Assembly (NCBI GenBank): GCA_965214095.1 | Contig: OZ243938.1 | Span: forward strand, 1,312,001-1,376,000 | Length of the DNA: 64,000 bases | Reading direction: 5' to 3' | Source of the DNA: Candidatus Poribacteria bacterium | GTDB taxonomy: Bacteria > Poribacteria > WGA-4E > WGA-3G | Part shown: piece after piece, positions 37,407 through 47,489 of the stretch | Position numbering within the stretch: position 1 is the first letter of the stretch | How the letters are laid out: each line of letters opens with the position of its first letter | Program-made: the position numbers and the translations under genes | The notes under the pieces: model-generated | Told to the model about the DNA's origin: nothing | The model's input: the letters and a program-made list of their open reading frames with translations, nothing else | The model's database searches: none

Positions 37407-40400
37407 ATGAAATCTATAACCATAACAATTGGATTAATATGCCTCATTGGGTTTTTTACATTACCGGTGTTAGCACAGAATGTTGAGGGGCTTGTAGCAT
37501 ATTGGGCTTTTGATGAAAAAGAAGGAGACACCGCAAGCGACTCAAACGGCAATGGACACAATGGAAAGTTAATAGGAGACCCACAATGGACTAATAATGG
37601 CTACTTAGGTGGAGCACTTGAGTTTGATCAATCTGCAGACGAGGTAAATGTCCCCTATCATAAAGACCTCAATCCAGAGAGTTTCACAATATGTGCTTGG
37701 GTAAACTTGGATCCTGATGGTAGAGGATATCGTTCTATTGTTTCTACTCGTTATGAATTCCCACAAAAAGGGTATATCCTTTATGCTGGACCTGAATTGG
37801 GCGGTGGTGGCAATATTTGGCAGTTTTGGACAGGTAATGGAACTTTTTGGAATATCGTTAAGGGACCTCCTTTTAGTACCGGAAATTGGGAACATCTTGC
37901 CGGTGTCTACGCTAATGGTATACAGAAGTTGTACCTAAATGGTATATTGGTAGAGGAGATTTCTGGTGTGTTACATCCAAATCTAAGTGAGGAATTACTT
38001 ATAGGTGCAGGTGCAAATGAGTTAGAATCGCATGGCTACTTTTTCAAGGGCAAAATTGATGAGGTGCAGTTGTATAATCGTCCACTGAATGCGGACGAAA
38101 TCACAACGGTTATGGGGAATGAGTCATCATCATACGAAGTGCGAGTTATATATTTCAGACCTGTGGGTGCACCTCCTACCCCCAAAGAAAAACTCACTCA
38201 ATTGATGCAGGAAACTCAAGAATTCTATAAACTTCAGATGGAACAGAACGGATACGGTTCTAAGACTTTTAAAATTGAGACAGATGTTAACAATGACATT
38301 ATCATTCACACTGTGGATGGACAACATGCCCCGCGGGACTATTCTGGAAACACCTACGAGGAAATAGAAAAAGAACTTCCACACGAATTCACATTTGCAA
38401 ATGAAGAATCTCAAGACAACGTACATGTCATCATCGTTGGCGGTCTTGGGACAGTTAATAACGGAGTTTGGGGAGTTGGATGGACTTTCTCTGGTTAGCG
38501 AGCGGGTGGCAATGCGGTTATAGCTGGACACAATCTAAATATGCCAATAATAGCACATGAAATTGGTCATGCTTTTGGTTTGTTTCATAATGAAGTGAAT
38601 AATACCATGATGGGACCTAATCACGGTCCAATGTTGGATTATGAAGTCCGATGGCTTTCTAATAGCCACTATTTCAATGACAGTCATATTCGAAATGATA
38701 TTCCTGAATTTGTTGAATACTTGGGTGTTGAAGCAATTGGACAAGATATTATCAAATTCAAGTTTTCTGCACACAGTGAAAGCGGTCTTTATCATTCTAA
38801 AATTATTAGAATTCGAGATGATGAATATGTTGTTTTAGGCCATGATGAACTAAACGGTAATGACGATATTGCTGAAATTAATGTTCCCAGAGATCAAGTT
38901 GTTAATGCCGATAAACTCTCATTTCGGATTATAGATGTTAACGGAAATTACATATTCAAAGATATTATCTATCAAACTGATCGTCCTGGTCCAAAAATAG
39001 AAGGCCCATGGTCATGGATCTTGGTTCCTGGGACACAACTCAGCAGTGTAGATTTGCTATCAGAAGCAAGTGGTGGAAGTGTAACAGAGGTGGCAGTTGC
39101 CACTGAAGGGACAAGACCAGGACAAGAAGTAGGAAACAGTGAATGGATACAATCAGTACTTCCAATACGAGCTAATAACTTTAATTTTATGCTCGATGCT
39201 CTTGACATATCTGATGAAGACAGAAGAAACCATGTTATCTACGGTTCTATATCCTTAAGGTCACCTACGAATCAGGATACTACGATGTTTGTTGGTGCAG
39301 ATGATGGGGCAAAGATATGGCTCAATGGTGAGTTGGTGTATGATGAATTCGTTTTTGGTGGAGCTAGTGATTATCAAAGAGATTTTCCTGTTACTTTGAA
39401 GCAAGGGACAAATGTATTGTTAGTGGCTGTTGATAATCATTTTGGTGGCCATTGGTCCGGTTTTTTCGGTTTTGCAGAAAGCACGGAATATACATTGATA
39501 CCTCCTGTTACCTATACGCCAATAATACTTAGTGCCGGGTCCCTTTTTCCTGATGACGTGCGTGTTATCGTTGGTGAGACTTTTACGATCTACCTCAACG
39601 TAGAAAACATAACGGATTTAGCAGGATGGCAAACGGATATTGCGTTTGATCCGAATGTGCTTGAAGCGGTTGAAGTAACCGAAGGCGATTTCTTGAAATC
39701 AGAAAGTGCAGATACCTTTTTCGGAGGTGGCATGATAGATAACGTAGCAGGCAAAATCACAGGTCTATTTTCTGCGCGAAATTCTGAAGGCGGTGTCAGT
39801 GGCACAGGTGCACTACTCACGATAACATTCATGGCGAAAACAAGCGGTGAATCCGAAATAACATTAGAGAACTTTGAATTTGGATCTATCACCGGTGACA
39901 TTATCCAAGCTATACCATCGAGTATTACTATTACTGTAGAAAATTATCCTGCTTGGGATGTGAATCAGGATGGACGGGTGAGTATTCTAGATCTTATTCT
40001 CGTAGCGCAAGATTTCGGTTCAGGCACGTCTTCCGGTTTACGAACGGACGTGAATCGTGATGGAATCGTCAATATCCAAGATCTCATCATTGTCGCACAA
40101 CACTTCGGTGAGACAACAGACTCCGCCGCGCCGCCGAATTTTACCATAGATAGCAATGAACTAACACATGATATAGTCCAAACATGGATAAAGCAGGCTC
40201 AAGTAGAAGATGACGGATCACTTGCTTTCCAACAAGGCATAGGGAATCTAAAACGCCTCTTAGAATTGTTGATTCCTGAAAAGACAACACTTCTTGCAAA
40301 CTATCCGAATCCGTTCAATCCTGAGACATGGATACCGTATCAGTTAGCAAAACCTGCAGATGTTACCGTCACTATCTATGCTGTAAACGGCACATTGGTG

Positions 40401-40571
40401 CGGACGTTGTTGCTTGGACATCAAGTTGCGGGTTTGTATCAAAGTCGGAGTCGTGCTGCGTATTGGGATGGAAAAAATGATGTTGGTGAAACTGTAGTAA
40501 GTGATGTGTATTTCTATACACTCACCGCAGGAGATTTCACAGCAACACGGAAGATGTTGATTTTGAAGTAA
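37407..40571 (+). pseudogene. Secreted multidomain protein (LamG - HExxH metallopeptidase - beta-sandwich - cohesin - dockerin - FlgD/T9SS-like C-terminal domain) interrupted by one in-frame TAG
   Basis: ORFs 37404-38498 and 38541-40571 are in the same frame, separated only by TAG at 38496-38498. Motifs: LVAYWAFDE...FKGKIDEVQLYNRPL, HEIGHAFGLFH, cohesin LAGWQTDIAFDPNVLE, two DVNxDGxVxIxDL repeats and NYPNPFNPETWIPYQL. Confidence 0.82.
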
Positions 40572-40581
40572 TTTTCTGATC

Positions 40582-40816
40582 GGTAGGTGCGGTTTCCTAA
40601 CTCCACCATAGGCATCAATTTAGCGGAAAATACGCAATAATCCCAGGCCGGTAGGTTCGGTTTCCTAACCGAACCGGATCTTCCGAGAGAACCCTCTATC
40701 AAAGCGTTTGGCACAAAGCCGGTTCGGTTAGGAAACCGAACCTACCATCACTGGAAGGACGCTAAATTGACGGCTATGGTTCGGTTAGGAAACGGTCCCA
40801 TAGGCATCAATTTAAC
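40582..40816. repeat. Composite REP/MITE cluster (second copy of the 26.9-kb unit)
   Basis: TIRs at 40606-40623 and 40762-40779 enclose an inverted REP pair (40650-40675, 40721-40746) with the same TTTGGCACAAAGCC spacer end. A third TIR starts at 40798. Confidence 0.85.
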
Positions 40817-40882
40817 GGGAACCCGCAATACAATGGATGGTAAGAAGTTAGTGCCAAAATTTTACACACTCATAAAACACTC

Positions 40883-40911
40883 TTGACATTACAACTCTTA
40901 GAAAGTATAAT
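40883..40911 (+). promoter_or_regulatory. Consensus sigma70 promoter
   Basis: Perfect TTGACA-17 nt-TATAAT. Confidence 0.75.
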
Positions 40912-40983
40912 TTAGAATACCATTATTAAGCAATATTAAATAATAATCTCCCGATTTTTTCAGTAGATGATGCCACCGAGTTC

Positions 40984-41005
40984 GTAGGGGCGGGGTTTCC
41001 CCGCC
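40984..41005 (+). repeat. GTAG-type REP palindrome
   Basis: GTAGGGGCGGGG-TTT-CCCCGCC. Confidence 0.65.
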
Positions 41006-41031
41006 TGCTATCAATGGACAATGTGCATATT

Positions 41032-41168
41032 TATGGTAAAACTTACAATTAATGAAACATATTGTCCCAATTGCTTATTCATATAATGTCCGAGGCGCAA
41101 TGAATTGCGCGACTACAAACGCGTTTTTCTAAATGCAAAGTGTATAGTTAATTTCAAATTTCACTATA
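41032..41168. repeat. MITE-like element containing a REP
   Basis: Imperfect ends TATGGTAAAACTTACAATTAA / TTAATTTCAAATTTCACTATA, related to the end at 26813. Internal 32-mer at 41085-41116. Confidence 0.55.
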
Positions 41169-41210
41169 ATATTGAAACTTGCTTAGAAACGAGAAGACAC
41201 TATAATATTG

Positions 41211-42011
41211 ATGAACCGAATTGAGAAAAAATTTCAAGACCTACGCAAACAAAATGCACGTGCATTTATGCCCTACCTGTGTGCTGGTGACCCTACCCCA
41301 CAATTAACCACTGAACTCCTTCTTACACTTGAATCTGCAGGTGCTGATCTGATTGAACTCGGTGTGCCTTTCTCAGATCCAATCGCGGATGGACCTACCA
41401 TTCAACGCGCCAGTGAACGTGCACTAAAACACCGTATCTCACTACAACAGATACTTGAAATGGTAAGTGAACTTCGTCAAAGGACAGAAATCCCTATTGC
41501 TCTGATGAGTTATTATAACCCTATCTTTCGGATGGGTGAGGAACATTTCTGTAAAGCTGCGGAGGAAGCAGGGGTTGATGGTGTTATTGTGCCAGACTTG
41601 CCGGTAGAGGAGGCACAGCCATTGTTGGATGTTGCGCCAGAATACGGTCTCACAACTATATTCCTTGCCGCACCGACAAGTCCACCTGATCGTATGAAAA
41701 GTATTGCAGACGCAAGTACCGGTTTCATATACTGTGTATCATTGACAGGCGTGACTGGAACAAGAACAACTTTGTCCGGTGAAGTTGCACCAATGATAAC
41801 AGAACTTCGTAAGCATACAGAAAAACCGATAAGTGTCGGTTTTGGTGTGTCAACACCTGAACATGCCGGTCAAGTGGCAAAAGTTGCTGATGGCGTTATT
41901 GTCGGTAGTGCAATTATCAATGTGATTGAAGAGCATAAGGATGACGAGACAAAAATGCTTGCTGCTGTGAAGCAATTTGCATCTGACCTTGCTGCTGGCG
42001 TGAAAGCATAG
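41211..42011 (+). CDS. trpA: Tryptophan synthase alpha chain
   Basis: IELGVPFSDPIADGPTIQ, MSYYNP, VPDLP, GFIYCVSLTGVTG, VGFGVS and ADGVIVGSA. Confidence 0.97.
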   Translation: MNRIEKKFQDLRKQNARAFMPYLCAGDPTPQLTTELLLTLESAGADLIELGVPFSDPIADGPTIQRASERALKHRISLQQILEMVSELRQRTEIPIALMSYYNPIFRMGEEHFCKAAEEAGVDGVIVPDLPVEEAQPLLDVAPEYGLTTIFLAAPTSPPDRMKSIADASTGFIYCVSLTGVTGTRTTLSGEVAPMITELRKHTEKPISVGFGVSTPEHAGQVAKVADGVIVGSAIINVIEEHKDDETKMLAAVKQFASDLAAGVKA

Positions 42012-42020
42012 GGTGTTTCT

Positions 42021-42136
42021 TATACCAATTCTATTAATGGTTATCTCTTTTGAACTAGAATGTCCGAGGCGCAATGAATTGCGCGACTACGAACCATCTA
42101 TTTTTTAAGGGTATGTTATTTTTAGAAATGGTATTA
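42021..42136. repeat. MITE-like element containing a REP
   Basis: Ends TATACCAATTCTA / TAGAAATGGTAT. The internal 32-mer at 42059-42090 is identical to 41085-41116. Confidence 0.55.
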
Positions 42137-43030
42137 CATACCGCGTTTAATTCCAAATTCTGTTTCAAATTCTTGCCATATTTCTTCTGGTATGTCTGCA
42201 GTTGCTGCTGCAAATCCATCTTCTACCTGCTCTTTATCTGCAGGACCGAACATCACAACGCCATTGATCGGTGCGGCGAGACAGAACTGCAATGCTAAGT
42301 GTCGGATATTGACGTTGCGTTCTTGACACCACTTCCACATTGCGTGAGCCTTAGGTTCATCATCAGGATTGCGTCTACGTTCCTCATCAACGTTTGGTTC
42401 TTTGCCTGTGAGACTTCCCATTCCAAGTGGACTTGCAAGGATTATACCTACATCATGTTCACGTGCTAAAGGTAAAGTCGTTTTAGCCACAGATTGAGAA
42501 AGTAGTGTGTAATCCAAAAAGGTGAGAATTAAATCAATATGTCCTGTTTCAATCATCTGTTTGTGAAAGTCGTGTGAACGCACGCCTGCACCAATATTCT
42601 TGATTAATCCTTCATCTTTCATCTCCAGAAGTGTGTCCAACGCACATCCTTTTCCTAAAACACTTTCCATATCCAATGGGTCATGTATCAACAATGCATC
42701 AAGATAGTCTGTTCGCATGTCTTTTAGACTGTTCATCACACTCCACCTTGTGCCATCTGCGGAGAAATCTTTTCTCCGTTCTGGATGTGTGCCAACTTTT
42801 GCCTGTAGATACACTTTTTCTCTCAGACCGCCAGATAGTGCTTCTCCCCAAAGATGTTCTCTGTGTCCAGGATAGGTGTCAATATAGTTGATACCAAGTT
42901 CAATTGCTCTTCTGATTGCACCAATTACTTCTTCCTCTGGTTTTGAGTTCATCCACGCTGCACCAAGTGCTAAAGCATTTGGTCGCATTTCTGTACGTCC
43001 CATTCTACGAGTTTCTAATTTTTGTGCCAT
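42134..43030 (-). CDS. Aldo/keto reductase
   Basis: RRMGRTE, GINYIDTYP, SLKDMRTDYLDALLIHDP and ASPLGMG. Confidence 0.9.
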   Translation of the reverse strand: MAQKLETRRMGRTEMRPNALALGAAWMNSKPEEEVIGAIRRAIELGINYIDTYPGHREHLWGEALSGGLREKVYLQAKVGTHPERRKDFSADGTRWSVMNSLKDMRTDYLDALLIHDPLDMESVLGKGCALDTLLEMKDEGLIKNIGAGVRSHDFHKQMIETGHIDLILTFLDYTLLSQSVAKTTLPLAREHDVGIILASPLGMGSLTGKEPNVDEERRRNPDDEPKAHAMWKWCQERNVNIRHLALQFCLAAPINGVVMFGPADKEQVEDGFAAATADIPEEIWQEFETEFGIKRGM

Positions 43031-43053
43031 AATTCACCCTAATAATTGCTATG

Positions 43054-43653
43054 CTATGTATTTTCAAGAGTCTTTCTCAACCCATGTGTTGATGTAGCAA
43101 GTGACTCTTGTAAATATGGATATTGAAAATTACCCCATCTATCTGGGGGTGGTTCATTTGCTTCTGCGATTTTGAGATTTACAAAAGTTGGTCCATCTTG
43201 ATTCCAGATTTTTGGCAAGTCAGTATCAAATGTATTTTGGTCATCATATTCATAGACTTGCTGAAATCCTGTTCCCTTTGCTATTGTCGTCCAACTAAAG
43301 TTAGTATTATAGGGAACAGGTTGATTCCCCGTAACTTCGTAGGTTCCGTTATCACATACAAAAAGGAGATAGTTGGTTGGAGGCGTGCGTAGAGCAGTAA
43401 TCGTTGCAAGTGTTCCTAAGCACATCAACATACTGCCGTCACCATTTAACACAACAACCTTTTTATCGGGTTTAGCAAGTGCAATTCCGAGTGCCAAATC
43501 CGCAGCATGTCCCATGGCACTTCCAACAGATGCGTAGTCCAAGGGATGTGTTGAGATTTTTGCCCACGGAACAGCCATACCCATCGTGGTTACGACGATT
43601 TCGTCTGTTCGTTGTGAAGCAATTAATTTAAGACATTCTTCTTTGTTTAGCAT
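43054..43653 (-). CDS. ThDP-binding subunit (sulfopyruvate/phosphonopyruvate decarboxylase beta-like)
   Basis: GSAMGHA..LALGIALA and the ThDP motif GDGSMLM...DNGTYEVTGNQP. Confidence 0.85.
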   Translation of the reverse strand: MLNKEECLKLIASQRTDEIVVTTMGMAVPWAKISTHPLDYASVGSAMGHAADLALGIALAKPDKKVVVLNGDGSMLMCLGTLATITALRTPPTNYLLFVCDNGTYEVTGNQPVPYNTNFSWTTIAKGTGFQQVYEYDDQNTFDTDLPKIWNQDGPTFVNLKIAEANEPPPDRWGNFQYPYLQESLATSTHGLRKTLENT

Positions 43654-43677
43654 AATTTACTATCTTTAGTATAAAAA

Positions 43678-45111
43678 CTACTCTTCCTCTGAGCGAATGA
43701 ATTTCATTGTAGGAGGATTGAACCCGTTTGTTGTGAATAGTTGGAGTCGTTGCATAAATTCTGTTTCAGATTGTACCCCGTTTATTCCACCATCCCAGAT
43801 TGTCAAAGACTTGTAAGTGATCTTGCCTTCAACATCTGGATTCAGCATGATAGACATGAGTGATGGATCAGTTTCAACAACACCTTCTTCCATATATTTT
43901 GGATACATCACTGCAAATCCGAGTGAGTATACACCTTTAGGATCTGTTCCCCAACTCCATATTACACCTTGCTCTTCGTCTACATCATTGTTTTCACTTA
44001 TTTTGGGTATACCAACTACAAAAGCATAATCAGATGGTAATTCTCTATCTATTTGTATGTGTTGTTCGATTCCTGAATTTCTTCCATAGATATAAGTGTT
44101 TATCGTCAAATGATATGTTTCACCGTCTATTCTTAAACTTGGAATAATCCGCTGAACGATTGATCGCATAGCTCCATTGGCGATTATACGGACGTAATCT
44201 CCATCCATTGGCAGGGGAATCATTTGGTTCTTACTCTTATTCCATAGAGCAATCCCACCACATCCTATCAACTCCTGTTCTGTAGCTAACGCAACCATAT
44301 TCGTAGTTTCTAAATCAAGAAGTTCATTTAATGATAGACCAATTGATTTGTAAAGACTCAGTTGTCCATCGTTTTTTTGAACATAGTAGTTTTCCTGATT
44401 CTCAAAATCATGAATGATCCAACGATGCTCCTTTTTTTCAACATCAATAATTAGTGCTTGAGGATTCTGCGTCAGTGAAACCTTGTTCCTATCAAAGAAG
44501 AGTCTAAACCCAGGTGAAAGTTGCTCCGCTAAATCTAATTCTGTTTGAAACATCGTATCAACACTGAAGAGTTCTTGTTTCCTTTTCCCATACGCATAAA
44601 TTGCTCCATTCGGTTTAAGTATGTATGCAACTAAATCAGATTCCATCGCTGCGGTGGCATCAAGTTCTGGAAATATACCCGCGCGAGTCAATTTTTGAAC
44701 ATCAAGCGTAAAGGTTGCCTTCACATTTGGGTCATATAGGATTGAAATCTCCTTAGTTTCTTCAGATTTCAGGTCTAACAAAAATACCAACTGATCCCGC
44801 ACTCCATCATAATCCACATCATCTGCTTGAGAAGGTATCATTGCTTCGCGTGGGGCTTTTCCAGTGACAATGGAAAATGCATTAAGAGAAAAATCTGCAC
44901 TTACCTTCTTGAGTTGTTCTAATGTGAGTACGATGGGGATATTGTCCCTGTCAACGCGTAAAGTATTTTGAATGGCTACACGAATACGGTTTGTGTCCTG
45001 CTTACCACCCGGGAATGTACATCCCATCATAATAATTAGGCACCATAAGAGTAGATATAGACTATATTTTGTATATTGATAATTCGTTCTGTCATTTAGA
45101 TGTATATTCAC
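43678..45111 (-). CDS. Putative lipoprotein (DUF4861-like)
   Basis: Lipobox-like MMGC, IPSQADDVDYDGVRDQLVF, ESDLVAY and IGCGGIALW. Confidence 0.6.
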   Translation of the reverse strand: MNIHLNDRTNYQYTKYSLYLLLWCLIIMMGCTFPGGKQDTNRIRVAIQNTLRVDRDNIPIVLTLEQLKKVSADFSLNAFSIVTGKAPREAMIPSQADDVDYDGVRDQLVFLLDLKSEETKEISILYDPNVKATFTLDVQKLTRAGIFPELDATAAMESDLVAYILKPNGAIYAYGKRKQELFSVDTMFQTELDLAEQLSPGFRLFFDRNKVSLTQNPQALIIDVEKKEHRWIIHDFENQENYYVQKNDGQLSLYKSIGLSLNELLDLETTNMVALATEQELIGCGGIALWNKSKNQMIPLPMDGDYVRIIANGAMRSIVQRIIPSLRIDGETYHLTINTYIYGRNSGIEQHIQIDRELPSDYAFVVGIPKISENNDVDEEQGVIWSWGTDPKGVYSLGFAVMYPKYMEEGVVETDPSLMSIMLNPDVEGKITYKSLTIWDGGINGVQSETEFMQRLQLFTTNGFNPPTMKFIRSEEE

Positions 45112-45146
45112 TATATTAATCTCAATTTCTTTATATTAGGAAAATA

Positions 45147-46286
45147 TTATTGATCAGGTAGAACTTCAAGCAATCGTTCTACTTCTGACTCAGCGTTGTA
45201 AAAATGTGGCGATATTCTCACACCACTACCCCTTTCAGCAGTTATAATGTTATTCTCTTGTAGCAAGTCAACAATTTGGGATGGTGTGTTTGTTTTAGTT
45301 TCAAATATTACGATGCCAGCCCGTTTATAGTCATCTTTTGGTGTGGTCACAGAATAACCTTTGTTTTCCAATCCTGTGATTAATTTTGATGTAAGTTCAA
45401 GGACATGACTTTCAATCATTGAGATATCGGCTTCAAGCAACAGTTCAATAGCAGCATTAAGTCCATACAAACCTATGCTATTATACGAACCCTCTTCAAA
45501 TCGTGTAGCATCGGGTTTCAGTGTTAAGTCGTAGTCGAGAAAGTCTCGGGGATTTACAACACTTGCCCATCCAACATTCGTGTTGATAAGTCTGTCCAGT
45601 TTGTCTTCAGTACAGTAAAAGATCGCAGCCCCTTCTGGTGCTAATAACCATTTGTGTCCATCAGCTGCGAGAATATCAATGTTACAAGATTTTGCATCTA
45701 CTTCGATGACACCGAGACTCTGAATAGCATCCACAACAAACCATATATCACGTTCGCGACATATTTCACCAATAGTTTTGATGTCATTTCTGAAACCAGA
45801 AGCAAATTCCACATGACTGAGTGTAACGACTCGCGTCCTTTCATCAATTTCTGAAACTATATCATCAATGAGAATCTGTCCTTCATGTTCCTGAACCATC
45901 CGTGTTTCAACACCATATCGTTCTTTCAGGCTCCACCAAGGGTATACATTTGCGGGAAACTCCACAGCAGTTGTGACGACGTTATCTCCTTCACGCCAAT
46001 CTATGCCGTTAGCAGCGATAAGTATGCCTTGGGTAGTGTTTTTCATGAATGCTATTTCGGAGGCATCTGCGTTAATGAGTTGTGCGGCAACATTACGACA
46101 CCTCTCAGCTGTTTCTATCCATGATTCTACGTTTACAGCACCGTTGACTGTGGCATCCTTGGCAAACTCTATCATTGCATCCTTAACCCGTTTGGATAAA
46201 GGCGCAACACCCGCATGATTCATATAAATATAGTTTTCAGTTACAGAAAATTCAGCACGCCACTTCTCAGATATAGATGTCAACAT
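45147..46286 (-). CDS. Class V PLP-dependent aminotransferase/lyase
   Basis: YMNHAGVAP, NTTQG, EFPANVYPW, VDAIQSLG, DGHKWLLAPEG and RISPHFYN. No desulfurase catalytic Cys motif was seen. Confidence 0.88.
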   Translation of the reverse strand: MLTSISEKWRAEFSVTENYIYMNHAGVAPLSKRVKDAMIEFAKDATVNGAVNVESWIETAERCRNVAAQLINADASEIAFMKNTTQGILIAANGIDWREGDNVVTTAVEFPANVYPWWSLKERYGVETRMVQEHEGQILIDDIVSEIDERTRVVTLSHVEFASGFRNDIKTIGEICRERDIWFVVDAIQSLGVIEVDAKSCNIDILAADGHKWLLAPEGAAIFYCTEDKLDRLINTNVGWASVVNPRDFLDYDLTLKPDATRFEEGSYNSIGLYGLNAAIELLLEADISMIESHVLELTSKLITGLENKGYSVTTPKDDYKRAGIVIFETKTNTPSQIVDLLQENNIITAERGSGVRISPHFYNAESEVERLLEVLPDQ

Positions 46287-47487
46287 GTTTTCCGTTGTCC
46301 TTTGCATCTAAGAAAATATCAACTTTGTAATCTATGACACGTTTCGCATTTGCATAAGCAATGGTTTCACCGAATAGGCCGATGATGAAGAGTAGAATGC
46401 CACTGCTTAATATGATAATTCCATAATAGTAAAAAAGAAATGTAAGAGTTCCACCTATGACAAACAACAATGCTCCTGGAGGACCAAAATATCGTATGGG
46501 TCTACGAGCACACCGGTGTATAAAAAAAGAAGCAAACGGACTTAAATCGGCGGTACAGGCTTCAGATATTCCAATTGACCAACCCGTTAATGCACTGAGA
46601 AATATCACAGAACCCCCTAATGTTAGAAAACAGATTGACGCATTTATGTCATGATTAATCAGAAAGAAACCGATAATGAAGATAGGGAGGCTTAATAATG
46701 CAGCGACTCTGTATACGTTTATATGTGGGTTTAATTGTTTATGGTAAGACTGATGAATACTGGAATCAATCGGATTAGTCTTACGTGCAAAAACTGATAG
46801 GATTAACTTAAATGCTAAAATATCAAGAATGACTCGCCAGATTCTGCCAAGACCGTATTTGCTTGTACCAAACCTTCGTGGGTGGTGCTTCACCACAATT
46901 TCAGTAATCCTCGCGCCAACGACGGTGGACATAGCGGGAATAAAACGGTGCATTTCTCCATAGAGCGGAACTTGTTTGATGATTTCAGATCGATATGCCT
47001 TGAGCGAACACCCATTGTCATGAATTGCCACACCTGTTACTAAACTGATTATCCAATTTGCAATTATAGATGGAACTCTTCGGGACCAAAATTTATCCTG
47101 CCGTTCTTTCCGCCAACCACATACCAAATCGTAATCTTCATCAAGTTTATCAAGCAATTGTGGTATGTCAGCAGGATCATTTTGCAAATCTCCATCCATG
47201 CTGATGATACGTTCACCTTGTGCATATTCAAACCCGGCAGCCATAGCAGCAGTTTGACCAGCATTCTCTTGAAATTTGATGATAGAGATATTTGTCTCAG
47301 CTTCGCGCAATTCTGAAAGCACTTCATAGGTGTTGTCTTGACTACCATCGTCTACAAAAAGCACTTCATAGGTCAGTCCGATGGATGCACACACTTTGCT
47401 TATTTTTTCATATAACGGACGGACATTTTCCTCTTCGTTATAGACAGGAACAACGATTGATAGATATGGTTTCTGTGTAGCGTTCAA
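46267..47487 (-). CDS. Glycosyltransferase family 2 (polyprenol-phosphate glycosyltransferase-like)
   Basis: SIVVPVYNEE, VDDGSQD, NAGQTAA, MDGDLQNDP, YGEMHRFIP and C-terminal TMs. Confidence 0.9.
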   Translation of the reverse strand: MNATQKPYLSIVVPVYNEEENVRPLYEKISKVCASIGLTYEVLFVDDGSQDNTYEVLSELREAETNISIIKFQENAGQTAAMAAGFEYAQGERIISMDGDLQNDPADIPQLLDKLDEDYDLVCGWRKERQDKFWSRRVPSIIANWIISLVTGVAIHDNGCSLKAYRSEIIKQVPLYGEMHRFIPAMSTVVGARITEIVVKHHPRRFGTSKYGLGRIWRVILDILAFKLILSVFARKTNPIDSSIHQSYHKQLNPHINVYRVAALLSLPIFIIGFFLINHDINASICFLTLGGSVIFLSALTGWSIGISEACTADLSPFASFFIHRCARRPIRYFGPPGALLFVIGGTLTFLFYYYGIIILSSGILLFIIGLFGETIAYANAKRVIDYKVDIFLDAKDNGKHVDIYI

Positions 47488-47489
47488 TG

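Noticed and set aside
38496-38498. Pyrrolysine or genetic-code reassignment of TAG
   Set aside because: Many normal genes in the window end in TAG (e.g. smc, trpA, secA), and no pyl machinery is visible. A nonsense mutation or error is more parsimonious.
45147-46286. Cysteine desulfurase (SufS/IscS) call
   Set aside because: It lacks the C-terminal catalytic Cys motif (RxGxHCA or SSGSAC), so it was kept as a generic class V enzyme.
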